Source: Candidatus Edwardsbacteria bacterium
Lineage (GTDB): Bacteria; Edwardsbacteria; AC1; EtOH8
NCBI GenBank assembly: GCA_020053305.1
Contig: JAGVNJ010000050.1
Span: forward strand, 368 to 64,367
Direction: 5' to 3'
Length of the DNA: 64,000 nt
The first letter of the stretch is position 1; every line of letters starts with the position of its first letter. The translations under genes and the position numbers were made by a program. The notes under the pieces are model-generated. The model searched no databases, was not told the DNA's origin, and worked only from the letters and a program-made list of their open reading frames with translations. Positions 12,396 to 23,110 of this stretch are shown here, in pieces.

Positions 12396-13484
12396 ATGCC
12401 ACAACCTCCTGCTCACAATATCATCTTTGATGCCCGGATGTACCATCATTCCGGGATCGGCTCATATATCCGCAACCTGGTAGGGCAGTACGTCCAACAG
12501 GGCATTAGCCGTGATATGGTTCTCCTGGGAGACAGGGATATCCCCGACCACGGCCTGAAAACCAGGCATTGTCACTACAAAATCTACGGCTTGGCCGAGC
12601 AGACAATTTTGCCCTTTTCCGTCAGGGCAGCCAGCCTGTTCCATGCCCCGCATTACAACGCTCCGGTGCTTTTCCCGGGGAAATTAGTGGTCACCATCCA
12701 TGATCTGATTCATCTTAACTTTTACAACCAGTTGCCTACGATGCTTCACAAATTGTACGCCAAGATCATGATGGGTATAGTGGTCAACCGGGCTGATGCC
12801 ATTATGACCGACTCGGACTGGACCAGAAACGATATTTTGCGGAGATGGCCCCAGGCGGAATCGAAGATAAAAACGGTTTACTGTGGCGTGTCCGAACCAA
12901 TAGAGCATCCCAGCCCTAAAACTGTGCTGGACAGATACGGTGTTAACAAGCCGTATATCCTTTATCTGGGATTATTGAAAAGGCATAAGAATATAATTCG
13001 GTTGGTAAAATCATTTGAGACTGCCCAAAGATCTTTAAAAGGGAAATATCAACTGGTCATTGCCGGGGATGCCAAAAGCGATGATACGGGTTTGAAGCAG
13101 TATGTTGATGGCTGTGCCGCCAAACATTTGATCCGCCTGACAGGTTTCGTCCCCGGTGCCGATCTGCCGGCCTTGTACGGCCAGGCGGCAGTATTTGCTT
13201 TTCCTTCGACAGCCGAGGGTTTTGGTCTTCCACCGTTAGAAGCCATGTCCTACGGTGTTCCTGTGATATCCAGTAATGCCACCTGTCTGCCTGAGATCTT
13301 GAAGGATGCCCCGCTGTATTTCGATCCGTTCAATACCGATGATATGGCAGCCTGCCTGGAAAGGGCGGTCCGGAACGAAAGCTGGCGGCGCCAGGCCGTT
13401 GAAAAGGGAAGATCGGTGGCGGCCGGCTACCGATGGGAAAATACCGCCCGGGAGTGTCTTGACGTTTACCGGTCGCTTATCTGA
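12396..13484 (+). CDS. Glycosyltransferase family 4
   Basis: [27 protein letters not shown]. Confidence 0.9.
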   Translation: MPQPPAHNIIFDARMYHHSGIGSYIRNLVGQYVQQGISRDMVLLGDRDIPDHGLKTRHCHYKIYGLAEQTILPFSVRAASLFHAPHYNAPVLFPGKLVVTIHDLIHLNFYNQLPTMLHKLYAKIMMGIVVNRADAIMTDSDWTRNDILRRWPQAESKIKTVYCGVSEPIEHPSPKTVLDRYGVNKPYILYLGLLKRHKNIIRLVKSFETAQRSLKGKYQLVIAGDAKSDDTGLKQYVDGCAAKHLIRLTGFVPGADLPALYGQAAVFAFPSTAEGFGLPPLEAMSYGVPVISSNATCLPEILKDAPLYFDPFNTDDMAACLERAVRNESWRRQAVEKGRSVAAGYRWENTARECLDVYRSLI

Positions 13485-13547
13485 GGAATCGTTTGGTGGG
13501 GGCTTGTTATTCTGACCAGCAAACATGGATGGAGAAAAGGAACGAAC

Positions 13548-14654
13548 GTGATGCCCGAAAAGCAACATAAGGTCGCCATTATACACGACTGGCTGACAGG
13601 GATGCGGGGCGGGGAGAAAGTGTTGGAATCGCTGTTGGATATTTATCCCGATTCAGATATCTTCACCTTGATTTGGTTAAAGGGAAGCGTCTCTGACAAG
13701 ATAGAGAAACAGAGGATCACCACATCCTTTTTGCATAAGGCACCTTTTATAAGGAACAATTACCGCAATTATCTACCATTATTCCCGATGGCGATAGAAA
13801 GCTTTGATCTTGCCGGCTACGACCTGATCATTTCCTCCAGCCATTGTGTGGCCAAAGGAGTTATTCCCCAGCCGGGAGCACGGCATATCTGCTATTGTTA
13901 TACGCCAATGCGTTATATCTGGGATATGTACTTTCAGTATTTTGGTAAACCTCGAAATCGGCTGGCCGGATTCATATACGGATCAGTTGCCAATTACCTG
14001 CGCATGTGGGATGTCACTGCCAGCAGCCGGGTGGATGAATTTATCGCCATCAGCAACCATGTGTCCCAGCGGATCAGGAGATATTACGGCAGGGCATCAA
14101 CGGTCATCTTCCCTCCGGTTGATAACGAATTTTACAGGCCTGTTTCCGATAAGCCTTTGGCTGAGCCTTATTATTTAGTTGTTTCCGGTCTGGTGCCGTA
14201 TAAAAGAATCGACCTGGCAATCGAGGCCTTTAATCAAACTGGAAAAAAATTGATCATAATAGGGGAAGGACCAGAAAAAAACAGGCTGATAAAAATGGCT
14301 AAAGGCAACATTTCATTTTTGGGCTGGGCCAGCAACCAGGACCTGCGGAAATGGTACAGCCATTGCGAAGCGCTGATCTTTCCCGGTGAGGAGGATTTTG
14401 GTATTGTGCCGGTGGAGGCTCAGGCCTGCGGCCGTCCGGTCGTTGCCTTTGGAAGAGGCGGAGCACTTGATACGATTATTCATGGAAGCACCGGCATTAT
14501 CTTTCCTGAACAAACTGCGGCCAGCTTGATTGAAGCTTTAGATACTCATGAAGCAACCAAATATAATACTAATACAATAATAGAAAATAGCCATCGGTTT
14601 TCCAAGAACGTTTTTATCGGTAAAATCCGCCAATATATTATGCAAAATTGCTAA
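13548..14654 (+). CDS. Glycosyltransferase family 4 (mannosyltransferase-like)
   Basis: HDWLTGMRGGEKV, YTPMRY, EEDFGIVPVEAQACG. Confidence 0.9.
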   Translation: MMPEKQHKVAIIHDWLTGMRGGEKVLESLLDIYPDSDIFTLIWLKGSVSDKIEKQRITTSFLHKAPFIRNNYRNYLPLFPMAIESFDLAGYDLIISSSHCVAKGVIPQPGARHICYCYTPMRYIWDMYFQYFGKPRNRLAGFIYGSVANYLRMWDVTASSRVDEFIAISNHVSQRIRRYYGRASTVIFPPVDNEFYRPVSDKPLAEPYYLVVSGLVPYKRIDLAIEAFNQTGKKLIIIGEGPEKNRLIKMAKGNISFLGWASNQDLRKWYSHCEALIFPGEEDFGIVPVEAQACGRPVVAFGRGGALDTIIHGSTGIIFPEQTAASLIEALDTHEATKYNTNTIIENSHRFSKNVFIGKIRQYIMQNC

Positions 14655-14717
14655 ATATTAGATGAATTTCATTCATAATTATACCGGAATCAACCGTATG
14701 GAGCATAGGATTATAAA

Positions 14718-16133
14718 ATGAACCGCAGATGGCAGCTGACATATTCCGGGATAATCATGGCGGCCGATGTATTGGTCATCGCGCTGGCATTTATACTTTC
14801 ATTCTGGCTGCGGTTTGATTCCCATCTGTTGCCCATTCCCCTGGGCCGTCCGCCATTCCAGCCTTATTTGGTAGGCTCCTTGGTGGTGGCCTTTTTATGG
14901 GTCAGCATCTTCTGGCTGCTGGGCCTGTACGAAAACCGCAGCCGGTTCGCTCCCGACGAGGAGATCTACCGGGTGGCCAAGGGCACCTTTGTGGGTATTG
15001 TGGCCATCATGGCCTTTTCCTTTTTCTACCGGGAGGTGGTCTGGTCCCGGCTGGTGCTGGCCATGGCTTCGGTGTTATCATTCTTCCTGCTTTCGGCCCA
15101 GCGGATCGTGGCGGTGAGCCTTTTTAAGAGGATAGTAGCCAAGCATGGCGTCGGGCTAAGAAGGACCGCCATCATCGGCAGCGGGGATATCGCCCTGAAG
15201 ATCATCGAGCAATTGAAATTCAATCCCGAGTACGGCTATGGGATAGAATGCCTGATCTCGGCCAACGGCGTAGATGAACCGGCCTTCAGCGAGACATCCG
15301 TCAAAAAACTGGAGATCAAAAAGTACAGCGAGATCTCCCGGCTGATAGATGAATACCGGCTGGATGCCCTGTTCATAGTCCTGCCCCACGACATGCAGTC
15401 CGCTGTCATCGAGATCGTCAACTCCACCGAACACCGCCCGGTGGAATTGAAATTCGTTCCCGATCTGATGGATATGATCGGCCGGGACACCAGCATCTCC
15501 CAGCTGGGCAATATCCCGGTCATAGGCCTGCGGGAGCTGCCCCTGACCGAGTGGGACCTGATCAACAAAAGGATCTTCGACCTGACCGCCTCCACCCTGG
15601 GCCTGATCGTCCTTTCGCCGCTGTACCTGCTGCTGGCTGGGCTTATTAAATTCACTTCGCCGGGGCCGGTATTCTATGCCCAGGAGCGGGTGGGGTATGA
15701 CGGAGAGCCGTTCAATATGCTGAAATTCCGCTCCATGCGGATGGGGGCCGAGGAGAAGACCGGGCCGGTGTGGACCAAACAGAACGATGACCGCCGGACC
15801 CCGCTGGGCACTTTCCTGCGCAAATACAGCCTGGACGAGCTTCCCCAGCTTTTCAATGTCATTAGAGGGGATATGAGCCTGGTGGGGCCCCGGCCGGAAC
15901 GGCCGTTCTTTGTGGAAAAATTCAAGGACCAGATCCCCCGCTATGCCTCCCGGCACAGGATGAAATCCGGCGTCACCGGCTGGGCCCAGGTCAACGGCTG
16001 GAGGGGGGATACCTCGATCGTGGAGCGCACCAAATGCGATATCTTCTATATCGAGAACTGGTCGCTGTTCCTGGACATCAAGATACTGATCCGGACCGTG
16101 CTGCAGGTGATATTCCCCCGGAATGCCTATTGA
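14718..16133 (+). CDS. Undecaprenyl-phosphate glucose phosphotransferase (WcaJ/CpsE type)
   Basis: N-terminal TMs, KRIFD, KFRSM, SLDELPQL, MSLVGPRPER. Confidence 0.92.
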   Translation: MNRRWQLTYSGIIMAADVLVIALAFILSFWLRFDSHLLPIPLGRPPFQPYLVGSLVVAFLWVSIFWLLGLYENRSRFAPDEEIYRVAKGTFVGIVAIMAFSFFYREVVWSRLVLAMASVLSFFLLSAQRIVAVSLFKRIVAKHGVGLRRTAIIGSGDIALKIIEQLKFNPEYGYGIECLISANGVDEPAFSETSVKKLEIKKYSEISRLIDEYRLDALFIVLPHDMQSAVIEIVNSTEHRPVELKFVPDLMDMIGRDTSISQLGNIPVIGLRELPLTEWDLINKRIFDLTASTLGLIVLSPLYLLLAGLIKFTSPGPVFYAQERVGYDGEPFNMLKFRSMRMGAEEKTGPVWTKQNDDRRTPLGTFLRKYSLDELPQLFNVIRGDMSLVGPRPERPFFVEKFKDQIPRYASRHRMKSGVTGWAQVNGWRGDTSIVERTKCDIFYIENWSLFLDIKILIRTVLQVIFPRNAY

Positions 16134-16260
16134 AATCTGCTGAAGGGTATGGTACTGCCGTATGATTGCCTATAAAAGATTAAGGTTGATAACCCTGATT
16201 GGTGCTATTGAAACTATAAAGTGGAAGCGTTTTTGACCATTTAAGAAAGGAATTGATACC

Positions 16261-17079
16261 ATGTCCGAACAAGATAACGAAATGGCAACATTGTGGCGAA
16301 TTATTAAACCGCACTGGCTGTTAATCATCACATGCGGGATCATTCTATCAGCTATCGGCTTGTTCAGTCAGATGGCTTCACCCAAGGTTTTCCAAGGTGA
16401 AGTCCTGATTGCGCTACCCAAAGTTCCGGGAGCCAACCCGGACAACGAGGACACTACGTTTGTCAGCGTTCCCGAAACCAGGGCGGTAATCACCCAGCTT
16501 CAGAACCGGCTCCGACAAGGCGATGAGACTGACTTGAAATCGGATTCCCTTTTAAAGAAGCTTCATCTTGTCAGAATCGATGATATCCGAGGCTCAGGCA
16601 ACTACTTCAAGATGACAATCCGATCGCAAAGCGAACCACAGGCGGTCTTGGCCACTCTGGATCGCTTGGTAAGCTATTTGAATAATAGCCAGTTTCTAAT
16701 GAGTGGGTACGAACTTAAAAGAAGTGAAATGGAGGCCGGGTTCCAGGATGTTGCCCTGGCCATGGAAAGGGCCACCAAGCTTAAGGAGGTGGGTGATAGG
16801 TTGGTCAGGCAAAGGGCCAATGTGGGGTTCAATCCGGTAGAATTGGAAACCAAAATGAACGAATTGCAGGGAAGGTACCTCCGCCTTAAGACACAGTTAT
16901 CGCTGGTTCACAACTATCGGTATGTTGATCCCCCCTATGTTCGGAATAGTCCGATAAGCCCAAGGCCTTGGAGGACCTTTTTCCTTTACGGGTTCTTGGG
17001 CCTGATTCTAGGGCTAATGTTGACGATGCTTGCCCATTTTATCAGGACGGCTGTCTTGGGGCGGCAGGGTGAAAAATAA
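16261..17079 (+). CDS. Second Wzz-like chain-length determinant
   Basis: Two terminal TMs, coiled coil, Pro-rich PISPRP before the last TM. Confidence 0.6.
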   Translation: MSEQDNEMATLWRIIKPHWLLIITCGIILSAIGLFSQMASPKVFQGEVLIALPKVPGANPDNEDTTFVSVPETRAVITQLQNRLRQGDETDLKSDSLLKKLHLVRIDDIRGSGNYFKMTIRSQSEPQAVLATLDRLVSYLNNSQFLMSGYELKRSEMEAGFQDVALAMERATKLKEVGDRLVRQRANVGFNPVELETKMNELQGRYLRLKTQLSLVHNYRYVDPPYVRNSPISPRPWRTFFLYGFLGLILGLMLTMLAHFIRTAVLGRQGEK

Positions 17080-17122
17080 ACCCCGGAAACTTGGGGCTGA
17101 AAATAAGCTGATGAGTGTCTGA

Positions 17123-18418
17123 ATGTATAGATTTAATATTAATCATTTATCCGCAAATTCTAAAAGGCTGGCTAGTAATTTCTTGTCTTTGTCCGTGCTG
17201 CAGGGAATGAATTATTTATTTCCGATAATAACTGCACCATATTTGATCAGGGTCATCGGCATCCAGAAATACGGGCTGTGGGCCACGGCCTCGGTGCTGC
17301 TGACCTATTTCCAGATGCTGACCGACTACGGCTTCAACCTCTCGGCCACCAAGGAAATATCCGTAAACCGCCACGACCTCAAAAAGACCTCGGAGATATT
17401 CAGCTCAGTGATGACTATCAAGAGCGGCTTATTCCTGGCCAGCATCATCCTGATGCTGGCTCTGACCTACAGCGTGCCCCTGTTTAAGGCTGATCACGTC
17501 TTCTATTTGGTGACCTTTTCCGGCCTGCTGGGCCACGTCCTGTTCCCCATCTGGTATTTTCAGGGTATAGAGCGGATGAAGTACATCACCTACCTCAACC
17601 TGGCCTCCCGGACGGCGGTGTTCATCCTGCTCTTCATCGTCATCCGGCAGGAGGGCGACTACCTAAAGTATGCGGCCCTCAACTCCGGCGCGTTGATCCT
17701 GACCGGGGCGTTAAGCCTTTGGGTCGTCCTCAATGACTTCGGGGTCAGGTACGTTATTCCCAGGGCCTCAAGCCTGAGGGCGAGCCTGGCAGAGGGCTGG
17801 CATATTTTCGTCTCCACCTTCAGCGTCAACCTCTACATGAACACCAACGTCCTGATTTTGCGGTTTTTCGCCAGCGAGGCGGCGGTGGGATATTATTATG
17901 TGGCCGACCGTTGCATTACGGCCTTAAGAAGTCTGGCCAGCATCATATTTCAGGCGATCTACCCCCATGTTTGCGCCCGGGCCGGGGAATCAAAGGAGCA
18001 GTTCAACCGGTTCTTCCGGAGGGCCTCGCTGCCCATCTTCGGGCTGTTCCTCATCGCCTGCACGGGCCTGTTTCTGCTGGCTGGTCCGGTGGTTTTCTTT
18101 TTCACCGGAAAACAGGCGGCGGAGGCTGTTACGGCCTTAAGGGTCCTGGGCTTCGTGCCGTTGGTGGTGGCGCTGAACATCCCGGCCTATCAGACCCTGC
18201 TGGCCTACGGCCTGAAGAAAAGCTACACCGCTGTCTTGGTATCGGGCTCGGCGCTCAATCTCGGCCTGAATTTCCTGCTGGCCCCCAAATATTACGGCGC
18301 CGGCACGGCCCTGGCGGTGCTGTTGACCGAGGCCTACATAACCCTGGGGCTTTACCTGATGATAGAGCTGAAGCATAAGGAACATTCACTATTGAGAACG
18401 GCGGAAGACAAGCCATGA
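17123..18418 (+). CDS. wzx: Wzx flippase (GC-rich copy)
   Basis: NYLFPIITAPYLIRVIG, DYGFNLSAT, PIWYFQGIERM. Confidence 0.88.
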   Translation: MYRFNINHLSANSKRLASNFLSLSVLQGMNYLFPIITAPYLIRVIGIQKYGLWATASVLLTYFQMLTDYGFNLSATKEISVNRHDLKKTSEIFSSVMTIKSGLFLASIILMLALTYSVPLFKADHVFYLVTFSGLLGHVLFPIWYFQGIERMKYITYLNLASRTAVFILLFIVIRQEGDYLKYAALNSGALILTGALSLWVVLNDFGVRYVIPRASSLRASLAEGWHIFVSTFSVNLYMNTNVLILRFFASEAAVGYYYVADRCITALRSLASIIFQAIYPHVCARAGESKEQFNRFFRRASLPIFGLFLIACTGLFLLAGPVVFFFTGKQAAEAVTALRVLGFVPLVVALNIPAYQTLLAYGLKKSYTAVLVSGSALNLGLNFLLAPKYYGAGTALAVLLTEAYITLGLYLMIELKHKEHSLLRTAEDKP

Positions 18419-19116
18419 ACGACCGTACACAAAAATTCTACAACGCCAAGGACCGGGCCTATTACGCCCACGCCCGGACCGACATCACGGCAATGGTACA
18501 GGGGCGGGACTTAAAGGTGCTGGATGTCGGCTGCGGCCAGGGCGCCACCCTGCTTGAGTTGAAAAGATCGGGACAGGCCGCGGTGGTGGTGGGGGTGGAG
18601 ATCAATCCCGAGGCCGCCAGGGAGGCCGGGTACCTTTTGGACTGGGTGATCGTCGGGGACATAGAGAACCTGGATCTGAACTATCCCAACGGCTATTTCG
18701 ACCTGATAATCCTGTCGGACGTGCTAGAGCACCTGGTGGACCCTTGGAGTACTTTGAAGAAACTGAAAAAATATCTGGCCCATGAAGGCAGGGTGATCGC
18801 CAGCCTTCCCAACCTCAGGGAATTCGGGACAATTCGCCGGCTACTATTCCAAGGGGACTTCAAATATTCCCAGGCCGGGATAATGGATAAAACCCATCTG
18901 AGATTTTTCTGCAAAAAGAACATGGTGGAGCTTTTTCAGGACGGCTTCGAGATCACCGAGATCAAAACAGTCCCGGAGCTTTTAAGGGGCGAGGTGGCCC
19001 TGTTCAACCGGTTGACCTTCAGGATATTCGAGGAGTTTCTGGTCATCCAGTACATCATTGAAGCCCGGAACAAGATCATCCCCGGACAAGCGCCCGAAGG
19101 GGGCAGGAATGGCTGA
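18415..19116 (+). CDS. Class I SAM-dependent methyltransferase (glycan-associated)
   Basis: VLDVGCGQG, DVLEHLVDP, GIMDKTHLRFF. Confidence 0.88.
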   Translation: MNDRTQKFYNAKDRAYYAHARTDITAMVQGRDLKVLDVGCGQGATLLELKRSGQAAVVVGVEINPEAAREAGYLLDWVIVGDIENLDLNYPNGYFDLIILSDVLEHLVDPWSTLKKLKKYLAHEGRVIASLPNLREFGTIRRLLFQGDFKYSQAGIMDKTHLRFFCKKNMVELFQDGFEITEIKTVPELLRGEVALFNRLTFRIFEEFLVIQYIIEARNKIIPGQAPEGGRNG

Positions 19117-19996
19117 CCGTCCGCTGGTCTACATCATCGTCCTGAACTACAACGGATGCCGGGACACCGAGGAATGCCTGGAGAGCCTGGAAGGGGTTTC
19201 CTACGGCAACTTCCGGGTGGTTGTGGTCGACAATTGCTCGGACGACGGCTCGGAAGCGGAGATCAAAGCCAAATATCCCGGGCATACTTTCATCCAGACC
19301 GGAAAGAACCTGGGATACGCCGGAGGTAACAATAAGGGGATTGGGTTGGCCCTGGAGAACCAGGCCGACTATATCTGTCTGCTGAATAACGACACCACCG
19401 TGATCCCGGATTTTTTGGAGCCTTTGGTAAATTTACTGGAGCAGGATAAGGCCGTCGGCATCGCCGGCCCCAAGGTCTGCGACTATTACGACCAGGAAAT
19501 CATCCAGGCCACCGGATCCAAGGCCGACCTGTTCCTGGGAAAATTCTACCAGCTCAACCGAGGCAAGAAAAAAGACCAGGTCCAGGGTGTGCTGGAGGTG
19601 GACTATGTGGCCGGGGCCTGCCTGCTGATCCGGAGCGGACTGATATCAAAGATCGGGCTGGTCCCGGAGGAATATTTCCTGTTCTTTGAGGAGACCGAGT
19701 GGTGTTTGAAGGCCAAACGGGCCGGGCAGAGGGTGGTCTGCGTCTGCGAAAGCCTGATCCACCACAAGGGGTCCAAGTCCACCGAGAAGGTCAGCGGGAT
19801 CCAGGAATATTACATGACTCGGAACCAGATCATTTTCGAAATTAGAAACGCCAGCGAAATCCAGTGGGTGGTTTTCTATTTATACCGGTTGTTCCAGATA
19901 GCCTTAAGCCTGGCCAAGGGCATTTTCACAGGTCGTTTTAACCGCGACATGCTGAAGGGATTCAGGGACGGCATGAGGTACCGCAGGGATGGATGA
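19109..19996 (+). CDS. Glycosyltransferase family 2
   Basis: IIVLNYN, VDNCSDD, LLNND, EEYFLFFEETE; ATG 19109 follows AGGA. Confidence 0.88.
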   Translation: MADRPLVYIIVLNYNGCRDTEECLESLEGVSYGNFRVVVVDNCSDDGSEAEIKAKYPGHTFIQTGKNLGYAGGNNKGIGLALENQADYICLLNNDTTVIPDFLEPLVNLLEQDKAVGIAGPKVCDYYDQEIIQATGSKADLFLGKFYQLNRGKKKDQVQGVLEVDYVAGACLLIRSGLISKIGLVPEEYFLFFEETEWCLKAKRAGQRVVCVCESLIHHKGSKSTEKVSGIQEYYMTRNQIIFEIRNASEIQWVVFYLYRLFQIALSLAKGIFTGRFNRDMLKGFRDGMRYRRDG

Positions 19997-20906
19997 TAGG
20001 ATCAAAAATGCCAGGGAAGCGGCCAAGCCGGGGACCGGCCTTCCGGAAGGGACCGTCAGGGGACTGGTCAGTATCATAATCCCCACCCATAATTCAGAGG
20101 ACTACGTCTGCCAGGCGGTGGATTCCTGCCTCAGCCAGACCTACCGCCTGGTAGAGATAATAGTGGTGGACGACGGCTCCACCGACGGCACCAGGCAAAG
20201 GTTGAAAAGTTACGCCGACCGGGGGGAGATAATATACATATATCAGGAGAACGGGGAGCGCTCCCGGGCCCGTAACCGGGGGCTGAACCAGGCCCGGGGA
20301 GAGTTCATCCAGTTTCTGGACGATGACGACCTGCTGGAAAAGGAAAAACTGGAGAAGCAGGCCGCTTTCCTGAAAGAGAATCCCGGCTGCTTCGGGGTCT
20401 ATTGCGCCGCCTCCCATTTCGGGGAGGTGGAGGAAAAATTCCGGAGATATCCCCGGCCCCATGCCGGGGTGATCACCAGGGACATCATCCGGGGCAATTT
20501 CATCCTGATCAACACCATGCTGACCCGGAGGGCGGAGGTCAGATTCGACGAAAACTTTCGCACCCTGGAGGACTGGTACTATTGGTTCCAGATCAGCCTG
20601 GGGAGGAGGAAATTCGGATACATTGCTGAAAAGCTTTGCCGGGTCCGGAGGCATGTCGGGAACACATCGAAGGATGGGCTGGCCATGCTCCGGGGGGAGC
20701 TGGCGGTCCTGGACAAAATGGAGTCTGCCGGTGTTTTTTCAAGCGAGGTCAGGTATTACCGCTTCGAGCGGATGTACCTTTTGGGGATGAAAGGAAGCTG
20801 GCGGACAATGGGTAAGGCGGCAGCCATGGACGGCAGAAAGATATTTGCCTGCCTGGGGTTCCTGACCAAGACGGCCGCCAGAAAGATTTTAATCCGGAAA
20901 CAGTGA
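19989..20906 (+). CDS. Glycosyltransferase family 2
   Basis: VSIIIP, VVDDGSTD, ARNRG, FLDDDD, LEDW. Confidence 0.88.
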   Translation: MDDRIKNAREAAKPGTGLPEGTVRGLVSIIIPTHNSEDYVCQAVDSCLSQTYRLVEIIVVDDGSTDGTRQRLKSYADRGEIIYIYQENGERSRARNRGLNQARGEFIQFLDDDDLLEKEKLEKQAAFLKENPGCFGVYCAASHFGEVEEKFRRYPRPHAGVITRDIIRGNFILINTMLTRRAEVRFDENFRTLEDWYYWFQISLGRRKFGYIAEKLCRVRRHVGNTSKDGLAMLRGELAVLDKMESAGVFSSEVRYYRFERMYLLGMKGSWRTMGKAAAMDGRKIFACLGFLTKTAARKILIRKQ

Positions 20907-21011
20907 CTGCCAGATCCATGGCTGGCTGACACCCAAAATATCGGGAAGGCAAGCCGGCATGAAAAAACAATTGACGGGGAGAGGGATATTGTCGGAAACA
21001 AGGGGCAGGGG

Positions 21012-21875
21012 ATGAACATCACCGCGGTAGTGGTCCTGTACCAACTCCGGCCGGATCAGTCGCCCACCATCGCCACCCTAGCCCGCTCCTATCAGCGCAT
21101 AAGGGGAAGCGGGGCGGGAGTGTATCTGATCATTTTCGACAACAGCCCAAAACCGCAACAGGTGGACATCCCGCTGCCGTTCGAGCACCGGTATGTCCAT
21201 GACGCCACAAACGGTGGCCTGGCCCAAGCCTACAACTTCGCTCTGGACTCGGACCCCGGCAGCGCCAGCCAATGGCTGCTGCTTTTGGATCAGGACTCAA
21301 CGCTCCCCGATGATTTCCTGGAAGAGGTTTTTAAGGCCCTGGCCCTGATCGGGCAGGATGACTTGGTGGCGGCGGCGGTCCCCAAGGTCCTCCAGCACGG
21401 CCGTCCGATATCGCCGGCCCTGGTCAAAGGCGGCCGGATCAGACCGATCCCAAAACCCATCACGGGAGTCTGCCCGTTCCCGGTCACGGCCATAAATGCA
21501 GGCACCTTGATACGGAAAAATTTCCTGTACGCGATCGGAGGTTTCAACCGACAATTTAAACTGGATTACCTAGATCACTGGCTTTTCGCTGAGATCAAGC
21601 GGCGAGGGAAAAAAGTGTATATCACAGGGGCTGTCAGCAACCACGATCTATCGATAGGAAACACTAATCACCCGGTGTCAGCCGAACGCTATTTATCCAT
21701 CCTTAAGGCTGAGACCCTTTTCTACATGGCCTACAGTGATGGCGGCAATTATTTATGCCACCTATTCAACTTGGCTTTTAGGGCTGGACGACAATACTTG
21801 CTAGGGCAAGCGGAGTTTTCCCGATTGACCGTAAGGCATTTTCTCGGCACAATAAATAACCGATGGAATTCATGA
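21012..21875 (+). CDS. Glycosyltransferase family 2 (rhamnosyltransferase-like)
   Basis: AVVVLY, FDNS, GLAQAYN, LLDQD, LDYLDH. Confidence 0.78.
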   Translation: MNITAVVVLYQLRPDQSPTIATLARSYQRIRGSGAGVYLIIFDNSPKPQQVDIPLPFEHRYVHDATNGGLAQAYNFALDSDPGSASQWLLLLDQDSTLPDDFLEEVFKALALIGQDDLVAAAVPKVLQHGRPISPALVKGGRIRPIPKPITGVCPFPVTAINAGTLIRKNFLYAIGGFNRQFKLDYLDHWLFAEIKRRGKKVYITGAVSNHDLSIGNTNHPVSAERYLSILKAETLFYMAYSDGGNYLCHLFNLAFRAGRQYLLGQAEFSRLTVRHFLGTINNRWNS

Positions 21876-23110
21876 ATAAATCGATGGTAATAATAGTTAC
21901 TATCTGTCTTTGGATCTATTGTTTTATAGCATATTTCGATCCTTCGGACCTTGTCTTGGGGGCTAAGCTGCCACTGTTTGCTTTGATCCTGCTGACCTTC
22001 CTGATAATTCGGCTTAAGAGCGGCGGAGCCCTGCCTCGAGATCTGCTAGTGAGGGTTTCTTTGATCGCCTTGATTATCCCAGCTTTCTACCTGGGTATCT
22101 TTCTGGTGCGGCACCCTGGGCAAAGCTTAGTTGACGGCCTGTCCCTGGCCAAAGGGCTTTTGGCTATTATGCTTGTACTGCCGGTTGTCACCTTGAGGAT
22201 TGACCTGAAAAAACCGGTGCTGCTCTGCAGCGGCCTTATGATTCTTTTCATTATTAGCCTTCAGGTTTGTTCCTCTTTGAATCCGTGGCTCTTTCAAAAA
22301 ATATCTGTCTTTCTAACAGGCAATTATGTGGCGCTGATTGGCTCCCGCAGTTTCGGGGAACTTAATTTTGCCATGATATTTTTTATCACTACTCCGCTTT
22401 TGGTCATTCCGGTGCCATTCCTGGTCGGGGCGGCCTTCGCTGTAAAAGGCGGCTGGTGGCGGAGATCCGGCGCCATTTCTTTTTTGCTCCTGATACTGCT
22501 AGCTTCCTTCTTCTCGGCATCAAGGGCGGTCTTCCTCGTGCTGCTGACGGAATGTCTGGCTTGTTTTTTGATTGCCGCCAGACACCGACCCGGGCTTTTT
22601 GCGGGGGGGGTGATGCTGTCTGTCACCTTCTCCTTGTTGGCTCTGCTGGTTCTTCATAGGTCATCGTTGTTTTCAGCGGAGGAACAGTCGAACATGATCA
22701 AAATAGCGCATTTTGAATCTTTTTTGGACCATATTGATGAAAAGCCCGTAATTCTGTTAACCGGAGATGGTCTGGGGGCCAGCTATAACAGCCGTGCCCC
22801 GGGGGTCAACCGTGAGGTATACCAGACTGAACTAACTTATCTTGATATTATCAGGTATTCAGGTTTAGCAGGATTTCTGATTTTCTTGCTGCTGCTAATA
22901 GTTCCTTTTTGCACCACGAAATTCGACTTTTTAAACCTTACTGGTTTTTTTGCTTACCTGCTGGTGGCCGGAAGCAACCCGCTTCTGTTCAACTCCACCG
23001 GGATGCTGGCGGTCACCTATTTTTGGTCTCAGCAATATTCTTTGGGACGAATGAAATGTCAGGGTAATCCTTCATGTACCTCAGTTGCCCCATATGGTGC
23101 TGTCCTATGA
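21872..23110 (+). CDS. Wzy-like polymerase / multi-TM glycan assembly protein
   Basis: About 11 TM, SASRA, GDGLG...TELTYLD...SNP. Confidence 0.65.
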   Translation: MNKSMVIIVTICLWIYCFIAYFDPSDLVLGAKLPLFALILLTFLIIRLKSGGALPRDLLVRVSLIALIIPAFYLGIFLVRHPGQSLVDGLSLAKGLLAIMLVLPVVTLRIDLKKPVLLCSGLMILFIISLQVCSSLNPWLFQKISVFLTGNYVALIGSRSFGELNFAMIFFITTPLLVIPVPFLVGAAFAVKGGWWRRSGAISFLLLILLASFFSASRAVFLVLLTECLACFLIAARHRPGLFAGGVMLSVTFSLLALLVLHRSSLFSAEEQSNMIKIAHFESFLDHIDEKPVILLTGDGLGASYNSRAPGVNREVYQTELTYLDIIRYSGLAGFLIFLLLLIVPFCTTKFDFLNLTGFFAYLLVAGSNPLLFNSTGMLAVTYFWSQQYSLGRMKCQGNPSCTSVAPYGAVL

